Positions 47,254-57,378 of a DNA stretch of 64,000 nucleotides are shown here, piece by piece. The DNA comes from Calditrichales bacterium (GTDB lineage: Bacteria > Calditrichota > Calditrichia > Calditrichales > J004). The stretch covers positions 3,680,001-3,744,000 of the forward strand of contig OZ254086.1 in the NCBI GenBank assembly GCA_965267575.1, given 5' to 3'. Position numbers and translations under genes: made by a program. The notes beneath the pieces are model-generated. The model saw nothing but the letters and a program-made list of their open reading frames with translations, was not told the DNA's origin and made no database searches. Numbering within the stretch: position 1 is the first letter of the stretch; each line of letters opens with the position of its first letter.

Positions 47254-47667
47254 ATGATCTGGAAAGAAAAGCCGACGCTAGAACGGCTTAATCAAAGCAG
47301 CAACGAAACGATGCTGGAGCACATTGGCATAAAATTCACCGAGATAGGCGATGACTATCTGAAGGCAACTATGCCTGTCGATCACAGGACGATTCAGCCG
47401 GCCGGTTTGCTTCACGGCGGCGCTTTGGTTACACTAGCGGAAACAATCGGCAGCGTTGGTGCCAACCTTGTTACTGGCAACAAAACCTTATGTGTAGGCC
47501 TGGACATTAACTCCAACCATATACGATCAACAAAGGAAGGTATTGTTACAGGCGTTGGAAGGCCATGGCATCTGGGCAAATCCACGCAGGTTTGGCACAT
47601 TGAAATTTATAGCGGACAAGAACTGATTAACGTAAGCAGGCTAACGCTGGCGGTTATAAGAGAATAA
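47254..47667 (+). CDS. Hotdog-fold acyl-CoA thioesterase (PaaI/YdiI-MenI-like)
   Basis: 'MPVDHRTIQPAGLLHGGA..LAETIGS', 'VGLDINSNH', 'HLGKSTQVW'. Confidence 0.9.
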   Translation: MIWKEKPTLERLNQSSNETMLEHIGIKFTEIGDDYLKATMPVDHRTIQPAGLLHGGALVTLAETIGSVGANLVTGNKTLCVGLDINSNHIRSTKEGIVTGVGRPWHLGKSTQVWHIEIYSGQELINVSRLTLAVIRE

Positions 47668-47766
47668 AATATTTAAAAAATATTTGCGAATTCTCACTGA
47701 GGATTCAATTGAATTATTATATATATTCATAAACCAATTGACGAAACTTCACTTCAGGGGGAGGCT

Positions 47767-48546
47767 ATGTCAGTACAAAATAATGGGGTTGAGGAGATAA
47801 ACCGTCTCAAACAGAAGCAGATGTTGCAGATTGTTAGCAGCTCTTTCTATAAAGAGCTTATGCGCTACGGGGTGGACAAGAGCGGCATCGTATCTGTGAG
47901 TATGAATCTGCTGGATTTCATCACCGAAAAGAACAAGCCCAACCTTCCGCTTAATGAAATCGACCAGGCCCTCTATTACAATTTTGACATTAAAAGCGTT
48001 GGCAATATGTGGGAGCAAAAGAACTCTCTGTTTATTGATGACGTTACGATTACGGCACTTAACAAAAAGGATATTGAGGCCGTAACGCGCTGGCTGCACG
48101 CGCCGCAGATAGAGAATATGCTTCTTCGCAGTTTCCCCGTTGAAACCTCTAAACTCAAACAGGATATCGTGGACAATCCATCCCGAAACTACTTTTCAAT
48201 TCGTCATCAAAATGAAATGATCGGTATAATCGGCGCGGATATGATTGACGAAAAGGCCAGTAAGCTGGAGATGAAAAAGCTGATCGGTAACAGCGCCTAC
48301 CGGGGTAAAGGAATCGGGAAAAAGGCAACCTTCCTGTTTCTTTACTACGCCTTCGAAATACTGGATATAAACAAGGTGTTTATTCATTCTCAGGATACTA
48401 ATATCAACAATATTAATATTAACAGCCGCTTCGGATTTGGCCTGGAGGGGATACTCTACAAGGAAGTACGCGTAGACGGCGAGTTTCGCGATATTCTCAG
48501 AATGAGCCTGTTACGGAGTCGCTGGAAAGAGCTGTTTAATAAGTAA
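47767..48546 (+). CDS. RimJ/RimL-type (PseH-like) GNAT acetyltransferase with an extra N-terminal helical domain
   Basis: 'IG....YRGKGIGK.A......YAFEIL.I.KV', 'FGFGLEG.L'. Confidence 0.8.
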   Translation: MSVQNNGVEEINRLKQKQMLQIVSSSFYKELMRYGVDKSGIVSVSMNLLDFITEKNKPNLPLNEIDQALYYNFDIKSVGNMWEQKNSLFIDDVTITALNKKDIEAVTRWLHAPQIENMLLRSFPVETSKLKQDIVDNPSRNYFSIRHQNEMIGIIGADMIDEKASKLEMKKLIGNSAYRGKGIGKKATFLFLYYAFEILDINKVFIHSQDTNINNININSRFGFGLEGILYKEVRVDGEFRDILRMSLLRSRWKELFNK

Positions 48547-48551
48547 AAAAC

Positions 48552-48580
48552 AAAACCCGGTTGATCGACCGGGTTTTTTT
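48552..48580. terminator. Bidirectional terminator between the GNAT gene and the tRNA pair
   Basis: AAAACCCGGT...ACCGGGTTTTTTT. Confidence 0.8.
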
Positions 48581-48587
48581 ATTGGAG

Positions 48588-48675
48588 CGGAGAGGGAGGG
48601 ATTCGAACCCTCGATAGGGGAAAACCCTATACTCACTTAGCAGGCGAGCGCCTTCAGCCACTCGGCCACCTCTCC
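48588..48675 (-). tRNA. tRNA-Ser(GCT)
   Basis: Reverse complement GGAGAGGTGGCCGAGTGGCTGAAGGCGCTCGCCT-GCT-AAGTGAG...GGTTCGAATCCCTCCCTCTCCG; long variable arm. Confidence 0.95.
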
Positions 48676-48696
48676 TGATTATGTCATAGCTTGATG

Positions 48697-48779
48697 CGGA
48701 GGATGAGGGACTCGAACCCCCAAGCCCGCAAGGGCGACGGTTTTCAAGACCGCTGCATTACCAATTCTGCCAATCCTCC
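48697..48779 (-). tRNA. tRNA-Ser(TGA)
   Basis: Reverse complement GGAGGATTGGCAGAATTGGTAATGCAGCGGTCT-TGA-AAACCGTC...GGTTCGAGTCCCTCATCCTCCG; long variable arm. Confidence 0.95.
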
Positions 48780-48925
48780 TCACAAATAATCGTTGTGAGC
48801 TTTGAAATTTACTAAACAAAAAGTAATAATCAAGCCAAAATTAACAGCCGTATGGAGCCCGCGCTCTTTCCTTTGATGCGTTCAAAGCCTTAAATTAAAA
48901 GAACGCAAAAAACTCACTTAGAACT

Positions 48926-49507
48926 ATGTTTTACCTGATAGCTTTTTCCATTGCCGCCGTATTGGCCCTTTTACTGGGCTACCTGGCATACCGGTTGGGA
49001 CTTATCACACGGGCCAATAATATTTATCTGCTTATTTCGCATGCTCTGTTGCTGCTCAGTCTTTTCCTGATCTTAAGCAGCGCGTCACGATTCGAACTTT
49101 ATCGGGAACAGACAGCGTGGCCGATAGTATCGGGATTTGTCGAGCAAACCGAAGTGATCGGCGAAAGGGCCGTGCGACCGCAAATATTTTACTCATACCG
49201 CTATGAAGGCAGTTCGTTTGCCGATTCCACCAACCTCGGAACACCCGGTTTCGGTGGCCGTAACAGCCGCCGCTCAACGGCGCGCAACATAACTGCAGAA
49301 TATAACCCGGGCGATACGCTGCAGGTGCATGTCAATCCGCAGGACCCGAAAGAGTCGTATCTGCGCATCATGCCGGGTTGGAATATTTTTATGCAGTACG
49401 GGCTCGGGATTGTTTTTGCCGGTATATCTGCCGGCTTTATCGGGTGTGCGGTCGCCCAAAGAATATCTGTAAAAAAGTTACATAAGGATAGTAATGGAAT
49501 TACGTAA
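48926..49507 (+). CDS. DUF3592-like membrane protein
   Basis: TM helices, 'WP.V.G.V', 'P.I.YSY...G', 'Y.PGD.L.V.VNP.DP.ES.L', C-terminal TM. Confidence 0.75.
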   Translation: MFYLIAFSIAAVLALLLGYLAYRLGLITRANNIYLLISHALLLLSLFLILSSASRFELYREQTAWPIVSGFVEQTEVIGERAVRPQIFYSYRYEGSSFADSTNLGTPGFGGRNSRRSTARNITAEYNPGDTLQVHVNPQDPKESYLRIMPGWNIFMQYGLGIVFAGISAGFIGCAVAQRISVKKLHKDSNGIT

Positions 49508-52472
49508 TAAGCTGCTGGAACAGCTTGGATTACAAAAGTTTGTTGTTGTGGACCTGGAAACTACCGGACTGGAGCCTGACAAGGACAGGATCATTGAAAT
49601 TGGCGGCATAAAATATATTGATGGAGAAGAGGCCGAAACATTCCAAACACTGATCAACCCTGAAATCCCTATACCCGAGCATATCACCCGTTTGACGGGC
49701 ATTTCCGACAGTGATGTGGCCGGCGCTCCGCTCGTGGAAAGCATCTTTGACGATTTTGAACGTTTCCTTGGAGACGTGCCTTTCGTCGGTCATCAGGTCA
49801 ATTTTGACGCATCTTTTATTGAATATCTTTTTCGCCAGCAAAAAAACGACTTTGACGGTTGGAACGATCGCCTGAACCGCTTTAAATACTTTGGCCGCGT
49901 TCGCCTGGACACATTGTTTCTTTCGCGCATCATGATGCCGTTTATGCCGAGATTGAAGCTGGATTACCTGGCGGGCTACCTGGGTCACGACCTTGAAAAC
50001 GCCCACCGCGCCATCGACGACGCGCGGGCCACCGGTCATGTCTTTCTGGAACTCTTGGACCGGGCGTTGCTGCTGGACAATAGTGTCATCAATGAAATCA
50101 TTCAACTGCTTTTTGCCAATTCCGTAAGGGCAAAATCTTTTTTTGTGCCGCTGCTGAATTTTAAACGCGAGCATAATGTAACAGCGCCCGCGGTTTCCAT
50201 GCTTGACGAGATAAAAAACGCCCAGCAATACTATAATATAATCGGGGAAAAAGAATATAAAAGGACGCAGTTTGAAGATGAAGTCCATTTTGATCCGATT
50301 GACAGTGGACACGTGGCCGGATTTTTTGATAGCGGTGGTGCCTTATCGCGCGTGATTGAACGTTATGAAAGTCGGCCGGAACAGCAGGAAATGAGTAAGC
50401 TCATCGCCGACGCCATAAATGACGGAGTTTTTTCGGTTAATGAAGCCGGTACGGGCACGGGCAAATCAATGGCTTATATGATGCCCGCGATTGAATGGGC
50501 TGTTAAAAACAGGGAAGCCGCCGAACGGGTGGTGATTTCCACCAATACAAAAAACCTGCAGGAGCAGCTATTTTACAAGGATCTGCCGACTGTTTTCGCT
50601 TCACGGGGAGGCGATTTTAAAGCTGTTTTGCTGAAGGGTCGTTCCAATTACCTCTGTCTTGACAAGTGGAAAACCGTGATGACGGATATGAACCAGCGTC
50701 TCTCGCAGGACGAACGTTCACGGATCTTGCCGCTCGTCTTGTGGGCGCGCCAGACCCGTACCGGTGACATTGCCGAAAACGCTGCGTTCCAGCTGGAAAA
50801 CAATCGTGGTTTATGGCAAAAATTTGTTGCCGAACCCTCCTATTGTCCGGGAAAAGCGTGCAAACTGTACAATGAATGTTACCTGATGAAAGCCCGTGAT
50901 AACGCGCGTCGCGCTGATGTTGTTGTGGTTAACCATGCATTGCTTTTTTCCGATCTGGCATCGGACCATTCTATTTTGGGTGAGTTTTCAAACCTGGTGA
51001 TCGACGAGGCGCATAATGTGGAAAAAACAGCAGCCGAACATCTTGGTGTGCGTGTCAGCTTCTGGACATTCCGCAATATTTATCACCGCTTGTATGAAGA
51101 AGATCCGCGCAAAACGGGAACGATCCTGCAGTTGGAATACCGCATGTCCCAGGGTCAGTTAAGCAGCGCCGAACGTAACGATTTGCTGGACCTCTCGGGC
51201 CGCATCAAATCCAACAGCATGCGCCTGAAGCACAATACGACAAAATTCTACAATGAATTTAACCGCTATATGCGCGAGCTGCAGGAAAAGAAATCCGGCA
51301 AGCAAAACGGCGACGGGCAAAAGATCCGATATGACGGCAATTTCCGTTATTTTGTAGAACACGATGACGAGATCGTTGATCTGAAGAAAAACCTGACCGT
51401 ACTGGCGAGGCAAATCGGCGAGTTAAACGATCTGCTGCGCGACCTGGAAGGCCAGCGTTTTGAATTCCAGGACCAGATACACCGCGAGTTGATGGCCCTG
51501 GAACAGGACGTCCTGGAATTGTACCGGGCCTTCAAGTTCTGCCTTAACGCAGAGGAACCGAAATTTGTTTTCTGGTTTGAGATACCCTTTAGCGACCGCA
51601 ACGTGGATGTGATGATAAATGCCGTGCCGCTCAACATATCGCAATTGCTGAAGGAGCGGCTTTTTGACCAGTTGCGTTCTGCTGTCCTGACCTCCGCAAC
51701 GCTTTCTGTTAATAAGAATTTTAATTATTTCAACAACCGCATCGGCCTGGATTTGCTGGAACCAGACCGTGTCCAGGGCTCCATTCATGGTTCACCGTTC
51801 GACTATAAAAGCCAACTTTTCTTTGGTGTTACCGACTTTATGCCCGATCCGCGCAACAGCGAATTTTCTGCCAGGCTGATGACATTCATAAAAAACCTTC
51901 ATACGCAGCAAAAACGTGGTACAATGGTGCTTTTTACCAGCTATGCCATGCTCAACTTTGTTTACGATCGCATAAAAGACCACTGTGCCGCAGAACAGAT
52001 ACTTTTGCTGGCCCAGGGCAAAAGCGGCAGCCGCACCAATATCATTACGCAGTTCAAAGAAAATCGCGATGCCATTTTGCTAGGTACCGACAGCTTCTGG
52101 GAAGGTGTAGATATCCCCGGCGAGGCCTTGCAAATCCTGATCATCCCGAAGCTGCCGTTTGATGTGCCCACGGAGCCGGTGATTGCCGCGCGCATGGAGG
52201 AGATCAAGGAGCGCGGCGGGAACGCTTTTTTTGAATATTCCGTGCCGGAGGCTGTGATAAAATTCCGCCAGGGATTTGGCCGGCTGATCCGCAATAAATC
52301 GGACTACGGCGCCGTATTTGTCTGCGATAACCGCCTTAGCCGAATGCGCTATGGTCAGGATTTTCTAAACAGTCTGCCGGTTAGCGCAAATATTTACAGC
52401 TCCGAACAGGATCTTATTGATGAGTTAAGCGCCTGGTTTGAAGAGCGCGAAAGGATCGGTCACGATGCCTGA
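49494..52472 (+). CDS. dinG: DnaQ-type exonuclease / DinG-family helicase fusion
   Basis: DEDDh 'VDLETTGL..HRAIDDA'; Q-motif 'RPEQ'; 'EAGTGTGKS', Fe-S Cys 'NYLC..CPGKACKLYNEC', 'DEAH', 'SAT', 'QGFGRLIR'. Confidence 0.93.
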   Translation: MELRNKLLEQLGLQKFVVVDLETTGLEPDKDRIIEIGGIKYIDGEEAETFQTLINPEIPIPEHITRLTGISDSDVAGAPLVESIFDDFERFLGDVPFVGHQVNFDASFIEYLFRQQKNDFDGWNDRLNRFKYFGRVRLDTLFLSRIMMPFMPRLKLDYLAGYLGHDLENAHRAIDDARATGHVFLELLDRALLLDNSVINEIIQLLFANSVRAKSFFVPLLNFKREHNVTAPAVSMLDEIKNAQQYYNIIGEKEYKRTQFEDEVHFDPIDSGHVAGFFDSGGALSRVIERYESRPEQQEMSKLIADAINDGVFSVNEAGTGTGKSMAYMMPAIEWAVKNREAAERVVISTNTKNLQEQLFYKDLPTVFASRGGDFKAVLLKGRSNYLCLDKWKTVMTDMNQRLSQDERSRILPLVLWARQTRTGDIAENAAFQLENNRGLWQKFVAEPSYCPGKACKLYNECYLMKARDNARRADVVVVNHALLFSDLASDHSILGEFSNLVIDEAHNVEKTAAEHLGVRVSFWTFRNIYHRLYEEDPRKTGTILQLEYRMSQGQLSSAERNDLLDLSGRIKSNSMRLKHNTTKFYNEFNRYMRELQEKKSGKQNGDGQKIRYDGNFRYFVEHDDEIVDLKKNLTVLARQIGELNDLLRDLEGQRFEFQDQIHRELMALEQDVLELYRAFKFCLNAEEPKFVFWFEIPFSDRNVDVMINAVPLNISQLLKERLFDQLRSAVLTSATLSVNKNFNYFNNRIGLDLLEPDRVQGSIHGSPFDYKSQLFFGVTDFMPDPRNSEFSARLMTFIKNLHTQQKRGTMVLFTSYAMLNFVYDRIKDHCAAEQILLLAQGKSGSRTNIITQFKENRDAILLGTDSFWEGVDIPGEALQILIIPKLPFDVPTEPVIAARMEEIKERGGNAFFEYSVPEAVIKFRQGFGRLIRNKSDYGAVFVCDNRLSRMRYGQDFLNSLPVSANIYSSEQDLIDELSAWFEERERIGHDA

Positions 52473-54015
52473 AAAAGTTTTGACGATTGGAGACCAGGAC
52501 CTTTCCATTGAAGACCTGCATGGTTTCCTGAAACACGGCCCGCGCGTTGTTTTAAGCGACGGTGTGCGCGAAAAAATTGAAAAAAGCAGGGCGATCGTTT
52601 CAGACATCGTTGAAAAGGAGCAGACGGTTTACGGCATTAATACCGGTTTTGGTAAGTTCGCCGACGTGCGCATCAAACGCGAGCAAACGCGCGATTTACA
52701 GCGGCGTCTTGTGCTGAGCCACGCTGCAGGTGTCGGTGAGCCTTTCTCTGATGACGTCGTGCGGCTGATGATGCTGCTAAAAATACGCAACCTGGCACAG
52801 GGTTACAGCGGCGCGCGCATTGAGCTGGTGGAATTGCTGCTAAGCTGCCTTAATCATGACATTTTGCCGATCGTGCCCAGCAAGGGGTCTGTCGGCGCCA
52901 GTGGTGATCTGGCGCCACTGGCACATATGGCGCTTTTGCTAATCGGGGAAGGGGAGTGCCGCGCGCCCATGAATGGCAGGCATAAAACAGTTCCTGCGAA
53001 AGAAGGACTGGCGCATTTCGGATTACAGCCCGTTACGCTAATGGAAAAAGAAGGTCTGGCCCTGCTTAACGGGACACAGGCCATACAGGCATGCGGGATT
53101 CTGGCAATTATAAAAGCCCGCAATTATCTGAAAGCGGCGGATATTATCGGAGCCGCCAGCCTCGAAGGCCTGCACGGCACACTAACTGCATTTGACGAAC
53201 GTATTCAGCAGATTCGCCGCCAGCCGGGACAGGAAGCGGTAGCGCGGAACGTGCGGCAGATTCTCTCCGGAAGCCCGATCGTCGCCTCGCACAAGCATTC
53301 TGACCACCGCGTGCAGGACGCATACAGTTTGCGCTGCATACCGCAGGTACACGGAGCGGTGCGGGACGGCCTCAAGCATGTAAGCGAAGTGTTCGAGCGC
53401 GAAATGAACGGCGTAACCGATAACCCGCTCGTGTTTCCGGACAATGGCGATGTGATCTCCGGCGGCAATTTCCACGGCGAGCCGGTGGCCATGGCAGCAG
53501 ACTATTTATCGATTCTTCTTTGCGAGCTGGCCAACATATCCGAGCGCCGCATTGAGCACATGATGGATCCATCGATGAGCGAGCTTGCCGGATTTTTGAC
53601 ACACGAAGGCGGCCTCAACTCCGGCTTTATGATCGCACAGGTGACGGCTGCCGCGTTGGTTTCAGAGAACAAGGTGCTGGCTCATCCCGCCAGCGTGGAT
53701 TCCATTCCTACATCGGCCAACAAGGAAGACCATGTCAGCATGGGCACACATGCGGCGCGTAAAGCATTGGAGATCGTTTCTAACGCCGGCTATGTTTTGG
53801 CGATTGAATTGCTCTGTGCCTGCCAGTCACTGGATATGCGCGCACCCGTAAAGCCATCGGCGGCAACATCGGCATTGCTGGATTTGGTACGCAAAAAGAT
53901 TGCCCATTGGGATGAAGACCGCCTGATGCATCCGGACATTGAAGAAGCGCGGCGGATGATTGACAAAGGTTTGGTCGTTAAAACAGTGCAAAAGGTTTGC
54001 GGTCCGCTGTCCTGA
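52465..54015 (+). CDS. hutH: Histidine ammonia-lyase (start ATG 52465)
   Basis: 'YGINTGFG', HAL-type 'LSHAAGVG', MIO 'GASGDL', 'QDAYSLRC', 'GGNFHG'. Confidence 0.95.
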   Translation: MPEKVLTIGDQDLSIEDLHGFLKHGPRVVLSDGVREKIEKSRAIVSDIVEKEQTVYGINTGFGKFADVRIKREQTRDLQRRLVLSHAAGVGEPFSDDVVRLMMLLKIRNLAQGYSGARIELVELLLSCLNHDILPIVPSKGSVGASGDLAPLAHMALLLIGEGECRAPMNGRHKTVPAKEGLAHFGLQPVTLMEKEGLALLNGTQAIQACGILAIIKARNYLKAADIIGAASLEGLHGTLTAFDERIQQIRRQPGQEAVARNVRQILSGSPIVASHKHSDHRVQDAYSLRCIPQVHGAVRDGLKHVSEVFEREMNGVTDNPLVFPDNGDVISGGNFHGEPVAMAADYLSILLCELANISERRIEHMMDPSMSELAGFLTHEGGLNSGFMIAQVTAAALVSENKVLAHPASVDSIPTSANKEDHVSMGTHAARKALEIVSNAGYVLAIELLCACQSLDMRAPVKPSAATSALLDLVRKKIAHWDEDRLMHPDIEEARRMIDKGLVVKTVQKVCGPLS

Positions 54016-54085
54016 GCGAATATCCGCCTTGAACTCAAAATTTTGGATGGCTAAATTACTCTAATTTACACAAAAGGAAAAAGCC

Positions 54086-54733
54086 GTGAAGCGACTGATA
54101 CGTGAAGAAGAAGTTCGTGAAGCCGCAAAAGGCCAAAAGAAAGTTTTTGTTGACACGGAGACTGTGATCACCCCGGCCGCCCGCGATGCCGCAGCGCAGC
54201 TTGGCGTCGTTTTTGATGACGGCTCATCCGCTTACGCGCCTTCCCCGGCCTTAACGCGCGTCGTGCAAAGTACAACAGTGCATAAAGTGGCGATTGCTTC
54301 GGACCACGGCGGTTTTTATTTGAAAGAAGAACTGAAAACAATCCTGCGTGAAAAAGAATTTATGGTTATCGACCTGGGCCCGATGAACGCCAACAGCTGT
54401 GATTACCCGGATTACGCCTTCAAAGTGGCGCAAATGGTTTCTGAGGCGGGAGCAGACCGCGGCATTATTATCGACAGCGTGGGTATTGGTTCGGCCATGG
54501 CTGCCAACAAAGTGCCGGGCGTTCTGGCCGCCAAATGCAACAACGTCACGGAAGCCGCCAGCGCCCGCGAACACAATTATGCCAATGTACTGACCCTTGG
54601 CGCTAAAATAATCGGTAGCACCATGGCCCGAGACACCGTTCTGGCATTTCTCAATACCAAAGGCGGGGAAGAGCGTCATCAGCGTCGCGTGGCCAAAATT
54701 CTGGATTATGAAACCAAAAAGGATAAGAAGTGA
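54086..54733 (+). CDS. rpiB: Ribose-5-phosphate isomerase B-family protein with an N-terminal extension
   Basis: 'IASDHGG', 'DYPDYA', 'AANKVPG', '[10 protein letters not shown]', 'RHQRRV'; about 65 aa extension 'LIREEEV...[10 protein letters not shown]'. Confidence 0.85.
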   Translation: MKRLIREEEVREAAKGQKKVFVDTETVITPAARDAAAQLGVVFDDGSSAYAPSPALTRVVQSTTVHKVAIASDHGGFYLKEELKTILREKEFMVIDLGPMNANSCDYPDYAFKVAQMVSEAGADRGIIIDSVGIGSAMAANKVPGVLAAKCNNVTEAASAREHNYANVLTLGAKIIGSTMARDTVLAFLNTKGGEERHQRRVAKILDYETKKDKK

Positions 54734-56190
54734 GTTCAAAAGTAATTTCCGAAGGTTTGACCTTTGATGACGTTTTGCTGCTGCCTGCGCACAGCAAAGT
54801 GCTTCCGAACCAGGTCGATCCGTCAACACGCCTGGCGCGTGGCATCAATTTGAATATCCCGATTCTCTCGGCGGCAATGGATACGGTCACCGAGCAGGAT
54901 CTGGCCATCGCCCTTGCGCGTGAAGGCGGCATGGGTATTATCCATAAAAACATGGCCGTCGAGAAGCAGGCCGAGCAGGTCGATCGCGTGAAGCGTTCTG
55001 AAAGCGGGATGATTTTTAAGCCCGTTACGCTGGGCCCGGATAACACCCTTCAGGACGCCATAAGCCTGATGCAGCGCTATAGTATTTCCGGCATCCCGAT
55101 CGTTAAGTCGGGCAAGCTTGTCGGTATTCTGACCAACCGGGACATCCGCTTTGTTGACGATTTCAGCCAGCCCATACACCTTTTTATGACAAGCCGTAAC
55201 CTGGTCACCGCCAAAATGGGGATCTCGCTGGAAGAGGCGGAAAAAATCCTGCAAAAGCACCGCATAGAAAAACTGCTTATCGTGGACGACAAAGACGAGC
55301 TAAAAGGCCTGATCACGGTAAAGGACATTCAAAAGAAAAAAATGTATCCCAACGCCTGCAAGGATGAGAAGGGCAGACTGCGGGTTGGCGCCGCCACAGG
55401 CGTTGGCAAAAACGGCCTCAAAAGGGCCGCTGCGCTGATCGAAGCGCATGCTGACATCATTGTCATCGACACGGCGCACGGCCACTCCCAGGGGGTTCTG
55501 GATACGGCCAAAGAATTTAAAAAGCAGTATCCCGATACGCCGCTGATTGCCGGCAATATCGCCACCTACGACGCCGCAATCGACCTGATCAATGCCGGTG
55601 TTGATGCCCTGAAGGTTGGTATCGGACCCGGCTCGATTTGCACCACGCGCGTTGTTACCGGTGTGGGTGTACCCCAGATCTATGCCATAAGCGAAGTGGC
55701 ACGCGCGGTTGAGGGAAAGGATATACCCCTGATCGCCGATGGTGGCATTAAATATTCCGGCGATGTGGCCAAAGCCATTGTTGCCGGTGCAGATTGTGTG
55801 ATGATTGGCGGCCTGTTCGCAGGCACCGACGAGAGCCCCGGGGAAGTAATCCTGCTCGATGGCCGTAGTTATAAATCCGTGCGTGGCATGGGCTCGCTGG
55901 GCGCCATGGCGCAGGGCAGCAAAGATCGCTATTTCCAGGAAGGCCTGGCCGTGGACAAGCTTGTTCCCGAAGGCATCGAAGGGCGTGTGCCGTATCGCGG
56001 TCCCTTACGCAATACGGTATTTCAAATGGTAGGGGGACTGCGTTCCGCGATGGGTTATACGGGCTGTGCCAATATCGGTGAGCTAAAAACCAAGGCGCGT
56101 TTTGTACGTATCAGTCCCGCCGGCCTGCAGGAAAGCCACCCCCACGATGTGATCATCACGAAAGAATCGCCTAATTACAGAATGCGATAA
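54730..56190 (+). CDS. guaB: IMP dehydrogenase
   Basis: 'LTFDDVLL', CBS pair, 'DTAHGHS', '[12 protein letters not shown]', 'RGMGS', 'PEGIEG'. Confidence 0.98.
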   Translation: MSSKVISEGLTFDDVLLLPAHSKVLPNQVDPSTRLARGINLNIPILSAAMDTVTEQDLAIALAREGGMGIIHKNMAVEKQAEQVDRVKRSESGMIFKPVTLGPDNTLQDAISLMQRYSISGIPIVKSGKLVGILTNRDIRFVDDFSQPIHLFMTSRNLVTAKMGISLEEAEKILQKHRIEKLLIVDDKDELKGLITVKDIQKKKMYPNACKDEKGRLRVGAATGVGKNGLKRAAALIEAHADIIVIDTAHGHSQGVLDTAKEFKKQYPDTPLIAGNIATYDAAIDLINAGVDALKVGIGPGSICTTRVVTGVGVPQIYAISEVARAVEGKDIPLIADGGIKYSGDVAKAIVAGADCVMIGGLFAGTDESPGEVILLDGRSYKSVRGMGSLGAMAQGSKDRYFQEGLAVDKLVPEGIEGRVPYRGPLRNTVFQMVGGLRSAMGYTGCANIGELKTKARFVRISPAGLQESHPHDVIITKESPNYRMR

Positions 56191-56199
56191 GGAGCGGAT

Positions 56200-56607
56200 A
56201 TGTTAAAGCAGATCGACCATATAGGAATTGCCGTACCCAACCTGAAAGACGTCGCCGAAACATTGAAAGAAGCCTTTGAAATGGAGCCGGTTTTTAGTGA
56301 AGAAGTGCCGGACCAGAAAGTAAAAGTAATCGGTTATCATGTTGGTGAATCGAGCATAGAATACCTTGAGCCTACCGCCGATGATTCCCCCATTTCGCGC
56401 TATATTGCCAAAAACGGCTCGGGATTGCATCACATTGCTTACCGCGTGGACGACCTTGAAGCAACTCTCAGCAAACTTCAGTCTAAAGGATTTCGATTGA
56501 TTGACGAAAAGCCACGTGACGGTGCGGAAGGAAAACGCATTGCTTTTCTGCATCCAAAAAGCAGCAATGGCATTCTGATAGAATTGTGCGAAACCAAGGG
56601 GGAGTAA
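56200..56607 (+). CDS. mce: Methylmalonyl-CoA epimerase (VOC family)
   Basis: 'IDHIGIAV', 'GLHHIAY', 'RLIDE.PR.GA.G..IAFLHPK', 'LIEL'. Confidence 0.9.
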   Translation: MLKQIDHIGIAVPNLKDVAETLKEAFEMEPVFSEEVPDQKVKVIGYHVGESSIEYLEPTADDSPISRYIAKNGSGLHHIAYRVDDLEATLSKLQSKGFRLIDEKPRDGAEGKRIAFLHPKSSNGILIELCETKGE

Positions 56608-56613
56608 ACTCGA

Positions 56614-57276
56614 TTGTCTTCTACAAACTACAAATTACTGATTGAAAAATTCGGCTACCGTGCCGCCTTTAAAGTTTTGCGCTATTCGCTCTGGAACAAG
56701 CTTGGTTTTTACAAGGAATTACAGGGCATGACTGTCACTATGGAAACCCTTGATCCATCGTATCTGGAAGGCCCGGAAAGCTACGAGTACCGCTTCTTAG
56801 CCGAAAACGAACTGCGGGAGATGGCAAAAGACGGAACGCAGGGTATTTCAGATTCCTTCCTCGACCGTGTGCTCCCTAAAGGAGACACCTGTTTTGCAAT
56901 AATAGACGGCGACAAGGTGGTTAGTTACGGCTGGTATTCCGACCAGCCAACGCACATAACACCACAGCTTGTGCTTTACTTCGATAAATCGTGGATCTAC
57001 ATGTACAAGGGTTACACGATGAATGAATACCGCGGTCAGCGCCTGCATGCTATCGGCATGGCCCGGGCGTTGCAGGCCTTTACGCAGAAAGGCTATAAAG
57101 GCATTATTTCCTACGTGGAGACCAGCAATTTCCCGTCACTTCGCTCCTGTGACCGCATGGGTTACAAAAACTTCGGTCGCGTAAAGATCAAGAAAATAAC
57201 CGGCGATTTTTCCATAAAAACTCAGTCGGCATGCGGGCCTTTTGGCTTTACGGTCAAACTCGCCGGTAGAGACTGA
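56614..57276 (+). CDS. GNAT-fold protein
   Basis: 'YMYKGYT..EYRGQRL', 'YVE.SN.PSLR....MGY'; TTG start. Confidence 0.7.
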   Translation: MSSTNYKLLIEKFGYRAAFKVLRYSLWNKLGFYKELQGMTVTMETLDPSYLEGPESYEYRFLAENELREMAKDGTQGISDSFLDRVLPKGDTCFAIIDGDKVVSYGWYSDQPTHITPQLVLYFDKSWIYMYKGYTMNEYRGQRLHAIGMARALQAFTQKGYKGIISYVETSNFPSLRSCDRMGYKNFGRVKIKKITGDFSIKTQSACGPFGFTVKLAGRD

Positions 57277-57378
57277 TCTAAAACGATTCGTTTCCTGCCT
57301 GTAACAGCTGTTCCTCTAAACAAAAATTCTTTTAAGTCGTTAATTTTCAACATAAAAGAAACTGCATTTGGAGGAAAA

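Noticed and set aside
48697..48779. Possible tRNA-Sec or suppressor tRNA
   Set aside because: Anticodon is TGA (reads UCA Ser), not TCA; normal 7-bp acceptor stem
48546..48930. tRNA pair as an island integration site
   Set aside because: No integrase or duplicated tRNA 3' end seen in the window
52465..54015. PAL/TAL or aminomutase for secondary metabolism
   Set aside because: Specificity motif is HAL-type 'SH' and no biosynthetic cluster is adjacent
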